From: Escherichia phage mckay
DNA length: 44,443 nucleotides
Sequence record: NC_073073.1
Strand: one strand, 5' to 3'
Every line of letters starts with the position of its first letter. Position 1 is the stretch's first letter. Under the pieces are notes generated by a model. It did no database searches, was not told the DNA's origin, and saw only the letters and a program-made list of their open reading frames with translations. Positions 1-8,641 of the stretch are shown here, in pieces. The translations under genes and the position numbers were made by a program.

Positions 1-288
1 GAAGATGACGACGATGAAGAAGCCGAAGACGAAAAACCCGCTAAGTCTAAAAAAGCGAAAGGCAAAGGCAAGAAAGATGCCGATCCGCTGGCAGAGATGC
101 GCGACGAAATCAAACAGTATGCCGCGATTATTGCCGGTGGTGATGACGACGACGCGAACGACGAATTCGACGACCTGCTGGAATCGTTCGAGATCAAATC
201 AATCGCCAAGCTGGAAGATGACGACGTCGAAGACTTCCACACAGAGTTGAAAGAAATCGTCGAAACCTATTTCGAACTGGAAGATTAA
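1..288 (+). CDS. Acidic early protein, C-terminal part (5' part at 44293-44443; gene crosses the window end)
   Basis: Frame 1 is open from base 1 to TAA at 286-288 and is in frame with the ORF starting at 44293 once the 13-bp end overlap is counted once. Product is rich in D/E runs with K-rich patches. Confidence 0.6.
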   Translation, partial: EDDDDEEAEDEKPAKSKKAKGKGKKDADPLAEMRDEIKQYAAIIAGGDDDDANDEFDDLLESFEIKSIAKLEDDDVEDFHTELKEIVETYFELED

Positions 289-296
289 TATATTCC

Positions 297-323
297 GGCC
301 CGCTAATCTGCGGGCCTCTTTTT
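297..323 (+). terminator. Rho-independent terminator-like hairpin after the first early gene
   Basis: GGCCCGC/GCGGGCC stem followed by TCTTTTT, directly after the stop at 286-288. Confidence 0.55.
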
Positions 324-336
324 AGAGGACGAGACA

Positions 337-588
337 ATGGCACGCTTCACGCTAATCGAGGCGGTGGACTCCCGCGACCAACGCCCTTATTATTGGCTAT
401 TCGAACGCATCGGCAACTTTCAGTCACGCGTTGCCGTAATAGATAAACGCCGCAATACTCCCGCGCAAATTAAGCGCACCACCTTTATCAATCCTGACTT
501 TTATATTTGGGCTGATTCCAATCTGGAATATGTTCGCTTCGCCGTTGCATCCGAAGCAAGAACAATTGACCGCTGGGAGACAAAATAA
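337..588 (+). CDS. Hypothetical early protein (83 aa)
   Basis: ORF with GAGGA-like RBS upstream of ATG 337; stop overlaps the next start (TAATG). Confidence 0.55.
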   Translation: MARFTLIEAVDSRDQRPYYWLFERIGNFQSRVAVIDKRRNTPAQIKRTTFINPDFYIWADSNLEYVRFAVASEARTIDRWETK

Positions 589-767
589 TGAAATTCTTCG
601 TCATGGCAACATGCCACGAATTAAACGATCACACTTCTTTTATTGTTGAAAACACCAACGCAAGCAATTGCTTTGTGGACGCGCAAAATGAAGTTAAGCG
701 CCGAGTCGAAAAAGCGGGCCTGGCTAATGTGAAATATGTAATTGTCCAGTTTACACGGGTGGAATAA
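588..767 (+). CDS. Hypothetical small protein (59 aa, below the ORF-track cutoff)
   Basis: Hand-translated MKFFVMATCHELNDH...QFTRVE; start overlaps the upstream stop and its stop overlaps ATG 767, suggesting translational coupling. Confidence 0.4.
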   Translation: MKFFVMATCHELNDHTSFIVENTNASNCFVDAQNEVKRRVEKAGLANVKYVIVQFTRVE

Positions 768-2164
768 TGGCGATTAAACCAAAACGTAAAACGCAATCCG
801 GTAGCAATACGGAACACTCATTACTCGGGCCATCCGGTGCTAAAAAATGGATGGGTTGCCCTGCCGCCCTGGTGGTAGAAAAAGATATCCCGAACGAATC
901 CGGGCAAGCGGCGATTAATGGTACGAGTATGCACACCGTATCTGAAGTCGTGCTCAACCGCATTATCGCCGGTGAGAAGCTGATAACCGCGAAGACGTAC
1001 AAAGGGTGTTACGTCGAGAACGAAGGTAAGGGGCCGGTAAAGGCGCACCCGAAAGCACCGAAAGGCGGCGTGCTGGTCAACGACGACATGGTGAAACAGT
1101 GCGACGCATACATCGACCACTGGCGACCGCTCCTCGAAGTGGCGGAGTTTGTTCAGCTTGAGATGCGCGCCGATCTTACCCGCGTCCTACACTCTGGCTT
1201 CGAGATCGACGGCAACCGGGTTAAGACGTTCGGTACTGCCGATATGGTCATGGTCATGAAGAAGACCGACGGCACGTACATGCTGATTGTTGGCGACCTG
1301 AAGACGGGACGGCATAAGGTCGAGGCGAAAGAAAACAAACAACTTATGTTGTACGCGCTCGGCCTGCTGCGCAAGCTGCAAACCATGTACGACATTACGA
1401 CCGTGCGCCTGGTCATCTTCCAGCCGTATTGCGGCGGGGCGTCAGAGTGGGATATCTCAGTGGAAGCGCTGGAGATATTCGCGAAGTTTGCGGCCAAGCG
1501 TGCTATCGCCGCGCTCGATGCATACGCCCGTGGCAAGAAGGGACTGACCCGCGCTGACTTCCGACCCAGCGTTGATGCGTGCCAGTGGTGTCGATTTGCG
1601 GACCAGTGTAGTCCCCGCGCTAAGGCTGCAATCGACACGATGGCCCCACCAACGGCAACAGACGAAGACCTGGCGGACGAAGCACTGAAGCCAACCGACT
1701 GCGAAGCCCGCAAAGCAGCACGACGTGCGAAGCGAGGCAAGAAAGAAGCGGCCCCCGGCGCTATGAGCGCGGCGGAACTGCGCAAGGCATATGAAGGTCT
1801 TGACGCAATGCGCCAGCACATCAAGGCTATCGAGTACGCGGTATTCAAGGCGGTCATGGCGGGAGATGGCGAATCGCTGGGCCTCAAGATGGTTGCCGGT
1901 AAGGAAGGGATTCGCAAGTGGGCAGACGAAAGCGAAGTGATTGAAATCTTCACGAAGGCCAGGATCAAGCGCGATGTGATGTACAAAGAAACATTGCTCA
2001 GTCCTACGGATGCCGAAAAGGTACTGAAGGACGAGAAGCCGAAAGTATGGGCGAAGCTGTGTGATAAAATCACGCGCGCACCGGCAAAACCGGTATTAGC
2101 ACCAATCGACGACCCGCGCCCTGCGTGGTCTGAAGCTACTGACGAGGACTTAAGCAATGAATAA
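767..2164 (+). CDS. DUF2800-type PD-(D/E)xK nuclease with Cas4-like cysteine cluster
   Basis: 465 aa; motifs GTADMV...VGDLKTG...QLMLYALG fit a PD-(D/E)xK core; one N-terminal Cys (WMGCPA) plus C-terminal CQWCRFADQC resemble Cas4/RecB-type Fe-S ligands; sits beside a DUF2815-like gene as in many phage replication modules. Confidence 0.7.
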   Translation: MAIKPKRKTQSGSNTEHSLLGPSGAKKWMGCPAALVVEKDIPNESGQAAINGTSMHTVSEVVLNRIIAGEKLITAKTYKGCYVENEGKGPVKAHPKAPKGGVLVNDDMVKQCDAYIDHWRPLLEVAEFVQLEMRADLTRVLHSGFEIDGNRVKTFGTADMVMVMKKTDGTYMLIVGDLKTGRHKVEAKENKQLMLYALGLLRKLQTMYDITTVRLVIFQPYCGGASEWDISVEALEIFAKFAAKRAIAALDAYARGKKGLTRADFRPSVDACQWCRFADQCSPRAKAAIDTMAPPTATDEDLADEALKPTDCEARKAARRAKRGKKEAAPGAMSAAELRKAYEGLDAMRQHIKAIEYAVFKAVMAGDGESLGLKMVAGKEGIRKWADESEVIEIFTKARIKRDVMYKETLLSPTDAEKVLKDEKPKVWAKLCDKITRAPAKPVLAPIDDPRPAWSEATDEDLSNE

Positions 2165-2399
2165 AGTATTTGCAATCTTATTGATGTTTGTTATCGGCGC
2201 GCTGGGCTTTATCCTGAATTGTGTGCAAGGCGTGTTAATGGTGGCGTGGATGGTTCGACATCCGACCCGCTGGCTGGATGACGGTTATAGCGAAGCTGCC
2301 GCCGATTGGGTGGAGAAGAACATCGACCGCCCGCCGTTAAGCTGGATCGAGAACGCCACCAACTACGTGACCAGAAATCTTTTTAATGAAAATGCTTGA
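2157..2399 (+). CDS. Small hydrophobic membrane protein (80 aa)
   Basis: ORF overlapping the upstream stop; N-terminal half is a hydrophobic helix (AILLMFVIGALGFIL). Confidence 0.5.
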   Translation: MNKVFAILLMFVIGALGFILNCVQGVLMVAWMVRHPTRWLDDGYSEAAADWVEKNIDRPPLSWIENATNYVTRNLFNENA

Positions 2400-2489
2400 C
2401 CGCTTAGGCGCAACCAAGTAGATTAGCAACCAAGCCGGACGGGGTGGCTTCCAATAACCCCGATACATGTGAAAATGAGGAATTGGAAA

Positions 2490-3272
2490 ATGGCTAAAGT
2501 CAACCTGAAAAATGTGCGCGTATGTTTCCTGAAAATTTGGGAACGTGATACCCCTAAACAGGATGGGCAAAAACCGGCATACCGTGCCGTGATTCTTCTT
2601 GATAAAGAAGATCCGCAGGTGGACAAAGTGGAAGAGGCAGCGCGCGCAGTGCTCACCGACAAGCTGAAGTCCGAGAAGAACGCCGATAAGTGGATGGACC
2701 GCCACTACGCCCAGGATTCGAAGGAATGCGCAGTTCGCGACGGTGACGAGCGCGACGAAGTGACCGAAGAATTCGAAGGCATGTTGTATATCAACGCCAA
2801 ATCGTTCAAACAGCCTATCATTCAAACGTCACTCGGCGAGAAGCAGACTGAACAAGGTCTGACCATCGACGGCGACGAGATTGAAGGCCAGGAGATCTAC
2901 TCCGGTTGTTATTGCAACGTGTCCCTTGATATTTGGGCATGGAACAATACCAACGGCAAGGGTCTCGGGGCTGGCTTGCTGGGTCTGCGATTCCGTGAAG
3001 ACGGCGAAGCCTTCGGAGGTGGCGGGTCTTCTTGCTCCGATGAAGACCTGGACAACGACGACGAAGACGAAGCACCGCGCAAGTCCAAAAAGTCAAAACG
3101 TCGTGATGTCGATGATGTAGATGACAAGCCGCGCAAGTCCAAGAAATCCAAGCGCCGCGATGACGACGACGATGAGGAAGATGAAAAACCTCGCAAACGT
3201 CGTAAGCCACGCGATGACGAAGATGAGGACGACGACGAAGACGAAGCGCCACGTAAACGTCGCCGCCGTTAA
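2490..3272 (+). CDS. DUF2815-type phage ssDNA-binding protein with repetitive charged C-terminal tail
   Basis: Start chosen at ATG 2490 (MAKVNLKNVRVCF..., GAGGA RBS upstream) rather than ORF-track 2469. N-terminal region resembles DUF2815 SSBs that pair with DUF2800; C-terminus is alternating acidic/basic repeats. Confidence 0.6.
   Translation: MAKVNLKNVRVCFLKIWERDTPKQDGQKPAYRAVILLDKEDPQVDKVEEAARAVLTDKLKSEKNADKWMDRHYAQDSKECAVRDGDERDEVTEEFEGMLYINAKSFKQPIIQTSLGEKQTEQGLTIDGDEIEGQEIYSGCYCNVSLDIWAWNNTNGKGLGAGLLGLRFREDGEAFGGGGSSCSDEDLDNDDEDEAPRKSKKSKRRDVDDVDDKPRKSKKSKRRDDDDDEEDEKPRKRRKPRDDEDEDDDEDEAPRKRRRR
3050..3272 (+). repeat. Imperfect in-frame tandem repeats encoding (D/E)n-APRKSKKSKRR blocks
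   Basis: Repeated gaagacgaagc(a/g)ccgcg(c/t)aa(g/a)... units visible by eye; translate to DEDEAPRKSKKSKRRD / DKPRKSKKSKRRD / EKPRKRRKPRD / DEAPRKRRRR. Confidence 0.6.
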
Positions 3273-3291
3273 GGGCAAAGCCCACTATTCA

Positions 3292-3316
3292 AGCCCGCTT
3301 AATGCGGGCTTTTTAA
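3292..3316 (+). terminator. Rho-independent terminator after the SSB gene
   Basis: AGCCCGC-ttaat-GCGGGCT hairpin followed by TTTTT. Confidence 0.6.
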
Positions 3317-3331
3317 TAGGACAATGAAAAA

Positions 3332-3502
3332 ATGCGTATTAAAGCCAGCGAAGTAAAAGTCGGAATGAAAGTATGGTCTAAGCTACTGGGGGAGTATTTC
3401 ACAGTTGCCGAGATTCGCAACAACGGCGAAGAGATTGCCCTGTCTGACGGCATCTTCTCCATGATCGGCAGCGCTGACGCCGTAGTGAGGATAAAGCAAT
3501 GA
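3332..3502 (+). CDS. Hypothetical small protein (56 aa, below the ORF-track cutoff)
   Basis: Hand-translated MRIKASEVKVGMKVWSKLLGEYF...; stop TGA overlaps the polymerase ATG (ATGA at 3499-3502). Confidence 0.4.
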   Translation: MRIKASEVKVGMKVWSKLLGEYFTVAEIRNNGEEIALSDGIFSMIGSADAVVRIKQ

Positions 3503-5790
3503 AAGACTTCGAACGCCTGTTTCTCGATACCGAGACATTTAGCGGGGTGGACCTGAAGAAAGTTGGGGCGTACGCCTACGCAGAGCACCCAACCACCGAG
3601 ATTATGATTTGCACATACGCCATCGACGAGGGCCGCGTGCAGACATGGGATGCCACTGAATCCCCAACAATGCCGCGTGAACTGCGCAAGGCGCTTCGCC
3701 AGGTATCCCGCAAGAAAGCAAAAATCGTGATGGCTAACGGCCTCCTGTTTGACCGCCTGGTTATCCGTGAGAAGTGGGGCATCGACCTGCCGGTAAGCCA
3801 GATCGAAGACACCATGATTATGGCCTTTCGCCACGCGCTGCCCGGTAGCCTAGATATGCAGTGCCAGGTGCTGGGCGTTGACGCAGAGCACGCGAAAGAT
3901 AAGGCAGGCAAGGCGCTGATTAAACGATTCTGTAAGCCCACCCCTAAGACCTACAAAATCCGCCGCTACACACGCGAGACGCACCCCGAAGAATGGGCCA
4001 AATTCTTGCGCTATGCCGCGCTGGATATTGTTGCCATGCGTGAAGTCTACTGGCGCATACCGGACTGGGGTAATACTCAGAAGGAAGATGAAATCCTGCT
4101 CATCGACCAGTTGATTAACGACCGCGGCTTCTACGTTGACGTTGATCTGGCGAACGCCGCGATCAAAGCGGTGCAGGCGCATAAGGAAGAATTGAAGGAA
4201 GAAGCCTGGGAGCGATTTGGTGGTAAACTGACAGGCAATGACTTCCTGCCAATCCTGCGTGATATCGCCCCGGCGTTCACAATCCACAACGCGCAGAAAT
4301 CCACACTTAACGACCTGCTTGAAGACCCGGACTTCCCCGACGAAGGCAAAGCGCTTATCGAAATGCGCCTCGGAGCGTCATCAACGGCATCGACTAAGTA
4401 CAATCCGCTCGTTAACGGCCTATCCGCAGATGGTCGCCGCCGTGGGTGTCTTCAGTATGGCGGCGCAAAGCGCACGCTACGCTGGGCCGGTAAAGGCTTC
4501 CAGCCTCAAAACCTGGCACGCGGCGAGTATAGCGACGACCACGAAGGGAAGATTAAGCGCCGCGAAGGCGAGAGCGACGTCTCGTTTTGGGTCCGGTCGC
4601 ACATGCTCACCAACGGCATCAACTCCCTGTTACGCGGGACCGCACACTGGGCGTATGACATATCGAAGCTGACTGCCTCGACCGTTCGCGGGTGCATTAT
4701 CCCAGCTAAGGGTAAGAAGTTTGTCGTCGCGGACTACTCCAACGTGGAAGGGCGCGGCCTTGCCTGGATCGCTGGCGAGAAAACCGCGCTAATGGTGTTT
4801 AAGGCCGGACGCGATATCTATTGTGAGACCGCCGGTAAGATGTTCGGCCTGGACCCGGACTACATTAAAGCCAACCGCAAGGACTTACGCCAGATCGGTA
4901 AGGCGTGCGAATTGGGACTGGGCTATGGTGGCGGCGTGGCAGCGTTCTTGCAGTTCGCTAAAAACCTGGGCCTCGACCTTTACACTATGGCGGACGTGAT
5001 GAAGGGCACGTTCCCGGATCACATTTGGGCGGCGGCGAAACGCGGCTATGAGTACGCCCGCATTAACGAAGCGAAACGCCCACCGAAGCCTGGCAAGAAG
5101 GACGAGCGACCGACTTACATACTGCCGAAAAACGTATGGCTGACTTGTGACGCCATCAAACGTATGTGGCGCGAGGCTCACCCGAAGACGGTCGCCTTTT
5201 GGGCCGAGCTTGAGGACGCGGTGTTATGTGCAATACGCAATCCTGGCAAAGCATACTGGGCGGGCGCGCACGTTCGCCCGGATGGCAGGAAAGCGCTCAA
5301 AATTGTTCGAACGAAGGCGAAGCACGACCCCACCTTTGACGAGGAGCGCGACGACCCGAACGCCGCGGGGTGGTGGTTGAAAATTGAGTTGCCGTCGGGG
5401 CGCATCATGAGCTACCCCGGCATCGCGCTGTCTGTCACTACCGAGATTGACGAAGACACCGGCAAGAAGCGCACCAGCACACGCATTAAATATCAGGGCG
5501 AGAATCAGACGACGCGCCAGTGGGGATTCCAGTATACCTACGGCGGCAAACTGACGGAGAACATCGTGCAGGCGTTGTGTCGCGATATTCTCGCATGGTC
5601 TATGCCTGGCGTTGAAGCTGCGGGCTATGAAATCGTTCTATCGGTGCATGATGAATTGATCACAGAAGTGCCGGACACCGACGACTACACGACCGAGGAG
5701 CTTTGCGCGCTGATGTGCGACCTGCCTGTATGGGCGAAAGGCTTCCCACTTGCCGCCGAAGGCGATTGTATGTATCGATACCGCAAGTAG
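3499..5790 (+). CDS. DNA polymerase, family A, with 3'-5' exonuclease domain
   Basis: 763 aa; exo motif FLDTETFS; Pol A motif A DYSNVEGR, motif B RQIGKACELGLGYGGG, motif C VHDEL. Confidence 0.9.
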   Translation: MKDFERLFLDTETFSGVDLKKVGAYAYAEHPTTEIMICTYAIDEGRVQTWDATESPTMPRELRKALRQVSRKKAKIVMANGLLFDRLVIREKWGIDLPVSQIEDTMIMAFRHALPGSLDMQCQVLGVDAEHAKDKAGKALIKRFCKPTPKTYKIRRYTRETHPEEWAKFLRYAALDIVAMREVYWRIPDWGNTQKEDEILLIDQLINDRGFYVDVDLANAAIKAVQAHKEELKEEAWERFGGKLTGNDFLPILRDIAPAFTIHNAQKSTLNDLLEDPDFPDEGKALIEMRLGASSTASTKYNPLVNGLSADGRRRGCLQYGGAKRTLRWAGKGFQPQNLARGEYSDDHEGKIKRREGESDVSFWVRSHMLTNGINSLLRGTAHWAYDISKLTASTVRGCIIPAKGKKFVVADYSNVEGRGLAWIAGEKTALMVFKAGRDIYCETAGKMFGLDPDYIKANRKDLRQIGKACELGLGYGGGVAAFLQFAKNLGLDLYTMADVMKGTFPDHIWAAAKRGYEYARINEAKRPPKPGKKDERPTYILPKNVWLTCDAIKRMWREAHPKTVAFWAELEDAVLCAIRNPGKAYWAGAHVRPDGRKALKIVRTKAKHDPTFDEERDDPNAAGWWLKIELPSGRIMSYPGIALSVTTEIDEDTGKKRTSTRIKYQGENQTTRQWGFQYTYGGKLTENIVQALCRDILAWSMPGVEAAGYEIVLSVHDELITEVPDTDDYTTEELCALMCDLPVWAKGFPLAAEGDCMYRYRK

Positions 5791-5857
5791 CGGAAATGTT
5801 GCTTTTAGCGGAAACGTCAGGCAATATTGTCTGGCGTTTTCTTTTTCGGGGGTGTAT

Positions 5858-6460
5858 ATGAAACATTGTGGGCGTTGTAATACGGATAAAGATGGGTCCG
5901 CTTTCAACAAGGGTCAGTCGTGGTGTGCCAAATGCATGGCGGCATATAAGAAAGAGAGACGGGATAAGGAAAGAGGAGCGCCGCCGCGTGTAGTATGGCG
6001 AGAGTATACCGGGGAGATCGTAACATGCCGTACGTGCGGTGAGCGCAAGCGGCTCACGCCGGAAAACTTCCGGCCCGGAAACCAGGCAAGCCAGTCTCAT
6101 ATTCGTAAAGAATGCCGGTCGTGCGCTAATAAGTCTCGCCGTGAGTACAACCACCGGACACCAGAGATCCGCGCTTACTATAAGCTCTTTCAGTACCGTA
6201 AGGCGGACGAAAGGAAGGGGCTAAACACCGACCTCACCACCGAGGACGTGCTACGCCTTACTTCTCTGCCATGCGCTTACTGCGGATCCACCGGCGACAA
6301 TGGCGCGGACCGACTCGACAATGCGGTAGGCCATACGAAAGATAACTGCGTACCGTGCTGCGTAGAGTGCAACATAGCCCGCGGGGACCGGTTTACCCCG
6401 GACGAAATGAGGAAGTTTATTGGGCCGGCCATTGCTGCTGTAAGGAAAAGCCGACAATGA
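5858..6460 (+). CDS. HNH endonuclease with two N-terminal zinc-ribbon modules
   Basis: Start taken at ATG 5858 (MKHCGRC...), in frame with the ORF-track ORF that begins inside the polymerase gene. C-terminal DRLDNAVGHTKDNCVPCCVECNIARGD fits the HNH His-Me finger; two CxxC-(14-25)-CxxC modules upstream. Confidence 0.7.
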   Translation: MKHCGRCNTDKDGSAFNKGQSWCAKCMAAYKKERRDKERGAPPRVVWREYTGEIVTCRTCGERKRLTPENFRPGNQASQSHIRKECRSCANKSRREYNHRTPEIRAYYKLFQYRKADERKGLNTDLTTEDVLRLTSLPCAYCGSTGDNGADRLDNAVGHTKDNCVPCCVECNIARGDRFTPDEMRKFIGPAIAAVRKSRQ

Positions 6461-6735
6461 CACCAGAGGGCAAGGTGCAGAGTCACCTGATGAAGCGGGT
6501 TAAAGAGGTTGGAGGATTCTGCCGAAAACTGGCATGGGAGGGGCGCGCGGGTGCGCCCGACCTGATTATTATCATCAACGGCAAAATAGTGTTTGTCGAA
6601 GTGAAGCGCCCCGGTGGAAAACCGAAGCCGCACCAGGTACGTGAACATGAGCGAATGGCCCGCCGCGGTGCTGACGTTCGCGTTATCGACAACATATCCG
6701 ACTGCGATTTATTGGTTGCTGAATTGGTCGCATAG
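6457..6735 (+). CDS. VRR-NUC domain nuclease
   Basis: Start at ATG 6457 overlapping the HNH stop; GAPDLIIIINGKIVFVEVKRPGGKP...REHE matches the VRR-NUC D...E.K core. Confidence 0.75.
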   Translation: MTPEGKVQSHLMKRVKEVGGFCRKLAWEGRAGAPDLIIIINGKIVFVEVKRPGGKPKPHQVREHERMARRGADVRVIDNISDCDLLVAELVA

Positions 6736-6775
6736 CGGTATAGTGTGCAGGTTGGCACTATCGAGGATTTTAGAA

Positions 6776-6949
6776 ATGATTGAAGAAAAACGTTGTAGTA
6801 ATTGCGGATGCATCAAGCCGCTATCCCAGTTCCACAAGTACACCGGCAAGACTGCGCGAAGTCCAGACGGACATCGGGCCGAGTGCAAGTCGTGCCGCAA
6901 TAAGAAAGAGCGCGAACGGCAGCGCCGCTATCGCGCAGAACAAGAATAA
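6776..6949 (+). CDS. Stand-alone zinc-ribbon protein (57 aa), paralogous to the HNH N-terminal modules
   Basis: Start at ATG 6776 (MIEEKRCSNCGC...); CxxC-x25-CxxC followed by a K/R-rich tail, same pattern as the HNH modules. Confidence 0.45.
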   Translation: MIEEKRCSNCGCIKPLSQFHKYTGKTARSPDGHRAECKSCRNKKERERQRRYRAEQE

Positions 6950-6956
6950 TCAATAC

Positions 6957-6980
6957 GGCGGGCTTGTCCCGCCATTTTTA
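6957..6980 (+). terminator. Rho-independent terminator-like hairpin
   Basis: GGCGGG-cttgt-CCCGCC stem followed by ATTTTTA. Confidence 0.5.
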
Positions 6981-6987
6981 GAGAGAC

Positions 6988-7212
6988 ATGACGATGAAAG
7001 AACACTACCGACTCACCAAGCTGGGTGAATGTAAACCGGGCGATCGCGTGTGGTTTATCGCGGGCATGAATTACCCGCTGCCGTTGACGGTGTGCTGGCA
7101 AAAATTTAAGAGCTTCCGGGCTACCGGTGTGCACGTTGGGCACGCCACCAACTACGACGCCACAAAGAGGAACTGGGATAGTGAAACTGAAGTCTGGAAA
7201 AAGGCGGAATAA
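6988..7212 (+). CDS. Hypothetical protein (74 aa)
   Basis: ORF between terminator and helicase gene; alternative start at 6994. Confidence 0.5.
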   Translation: MTMKEHYRLTKLGECKPGDRVWFIAGMNYPLPLTVCWQKFKSFRATGVHVGHATNYDATKRNWDSETEVWKKAE

Positions 7213-7216
7213 AGAG

Positions 7217-8641
7217 ATGGCACGATTCCGACGCCGCGAATATCAGAAGTTGATTACCGCGTTCATCCTCAAGCATAAGCGATGTAATATCTGGGCGACA
7301 ATGGGGTCGGGTAAAACCGGCGCGACAATGTGGGCGCTGAATAAAATGTTCCAGACGGGCATCCTGTCCCACCAGGAGGACCGCGTACTGGTTCTGGCCC
7401 CGCTGCGCGTTGCATCCGGCACCTGGCCCCCGGAGCAGGAGAAATGGCGGTTCTCATCCCTGCTGGTCGTAGACGGCACTGGACCAGAGAAGGACCGCAT
7501 AGCCGCGCTGGAGAGTAACGCTAACGTGGTTTGTGTTAACTACGATGTGGTTGAGTGGCTGGTCGACTATTACGGCGATGCGTGGCCCTTTACGGTCGTT
7601 GTTGCCGATGAATCGACTAAGCTGAAAGGCTATCGTAGCAAGCAGGGGAGCAAGCGCGCCCGCGCACTGGCCGCGATTGCACATAAACACGTCAAGCGAT
7701 GGATTAACCTTACCGGCACACCAGCGCCAAACGGGCTAAAAGACTTATGGGGTCAGACGTGGTTTGTCGACGGTGGCGAACGCCTCGGCAGTAGCTATAA
7801 GGCATTTACCGACCGCTGGTTTATTAGCAAGCCTGTTAAGCCTGGCAGCTTCACTATGCAGATCGCCCCGCTCAAGAACTCCGAGAAAGAAATACAACAA
7901 CGCCTGTCAGACGTATCCCTTACTGTTGACGCGGCTGAATACTTCGGGTGCGACAAGCCAATATATACGCCGGTTGTTGTGGACCTACCGAAGAAAGCCC
8001 GTAAGATTTACGACCAGTTTGAAAGCGAGCTATTTGCCGAACTGGAAAGCGGAACAGTGGAAGCGGCGAACGCCGCGGCGAAGACAATTAAGTGCCTTCA
8101 GCTTGCTTCCGGCGCGGTGTATAAGGTGGACGAAGACGGCGAACGGACCGACGAGTGGGTGAAGATTCACGACGCGAAGCTGGACGCGCTGGAAAGTATC
8201 GTGGAGGAGTTGAACGGAGCGCCGTTGCTCGTTGCGTACCAATACAAACATGACCTGGCACGTCTCAAGAAGAAATTTCCGCACGGCGTTGCGCTGGGTA
8301 AAGGTAAGCAGGGCAATAAGGATATGGAAGCGTGGAACAGAGGCGAGATCCCCATCATGTTTGCGCACCCGGCATCGGCGGGCCACGGCCTTAACTTGCA
8401 GGACGGCGGTCATCACCTGGCAATCTTCTCCGATACCTGGAACTTTGAGCACTTTTCGCAGATCGTTGAACGTATCGGGCCGGTTCGCCAGATGCAAGCA
8501 GGACACCCCCGTCCGGTATTCGTCTACATTATCCAGGCGCGCGGAACACTGGACGAACTGGTCGCCGAGCGTCGCGACAGTAAGCGGGATATTCAGGACG
8601 ACTTGATGGAATACATGAAAGCTAAAAAGGCGCGCAAATGA
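7217..8641 (+). CDS. SNF2-family (superfamily 2) DNA helicase
   Basis: Start at ATG 7217 (MARFRRREYQ); Walker A ATMGSGKTGA, DExx-type VVADESTKLK, C-terminal helicase region. Confidence 0.8.
   Translation: MARFRRREYQKLITAFILKHKRCNIWATMGSGKTGATMWALNKMFQTGILSHQEDRVLVLAPLRVASGTWPPEQEKWRFSSLLVVDGTGPEKDRIAALESNANVVCVNYDVVEWLVDYYGDAWPFTVVVADESTKLKGYRSKQGSKRARALAAIAHKHVKRWINLTGTPAPNGLKDLWGQTWFVDGGERLGSSYKAFTDRWFISKPVKPGSFTMQIAPLKNSEKEIQQRLSDVSLTVDAAEYFGCDKPIYTPVVVDLPKKARKIYDQFESELFAELESGTVEAANAAAKTIKCLQLASGAVYKVDEDGERTDEWVKIHDAKLDALESIVEELNGAPLLVAYQYKHDLARLKKKFPHGVALGKGKQGNKDMEAWNRGEIPIMFAHPASAGHGLNLQDGGHHLAIFSDTWNFEHFSQIVERIGPVRQMQAGHPRPVFVYIIQARGTLDELVAERRDSKRDIQDDLMEYMKAKKARK

Noticed and set aside
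1153-2175. 340-aa ORF on the - strand antisense to the DUF2800 nuclease gene
   Set aside because: Fully overlaps a + strand gene with clear nuclease motifs; its translation is Ser/Ala/Arg-rich low complexity with no RBS.
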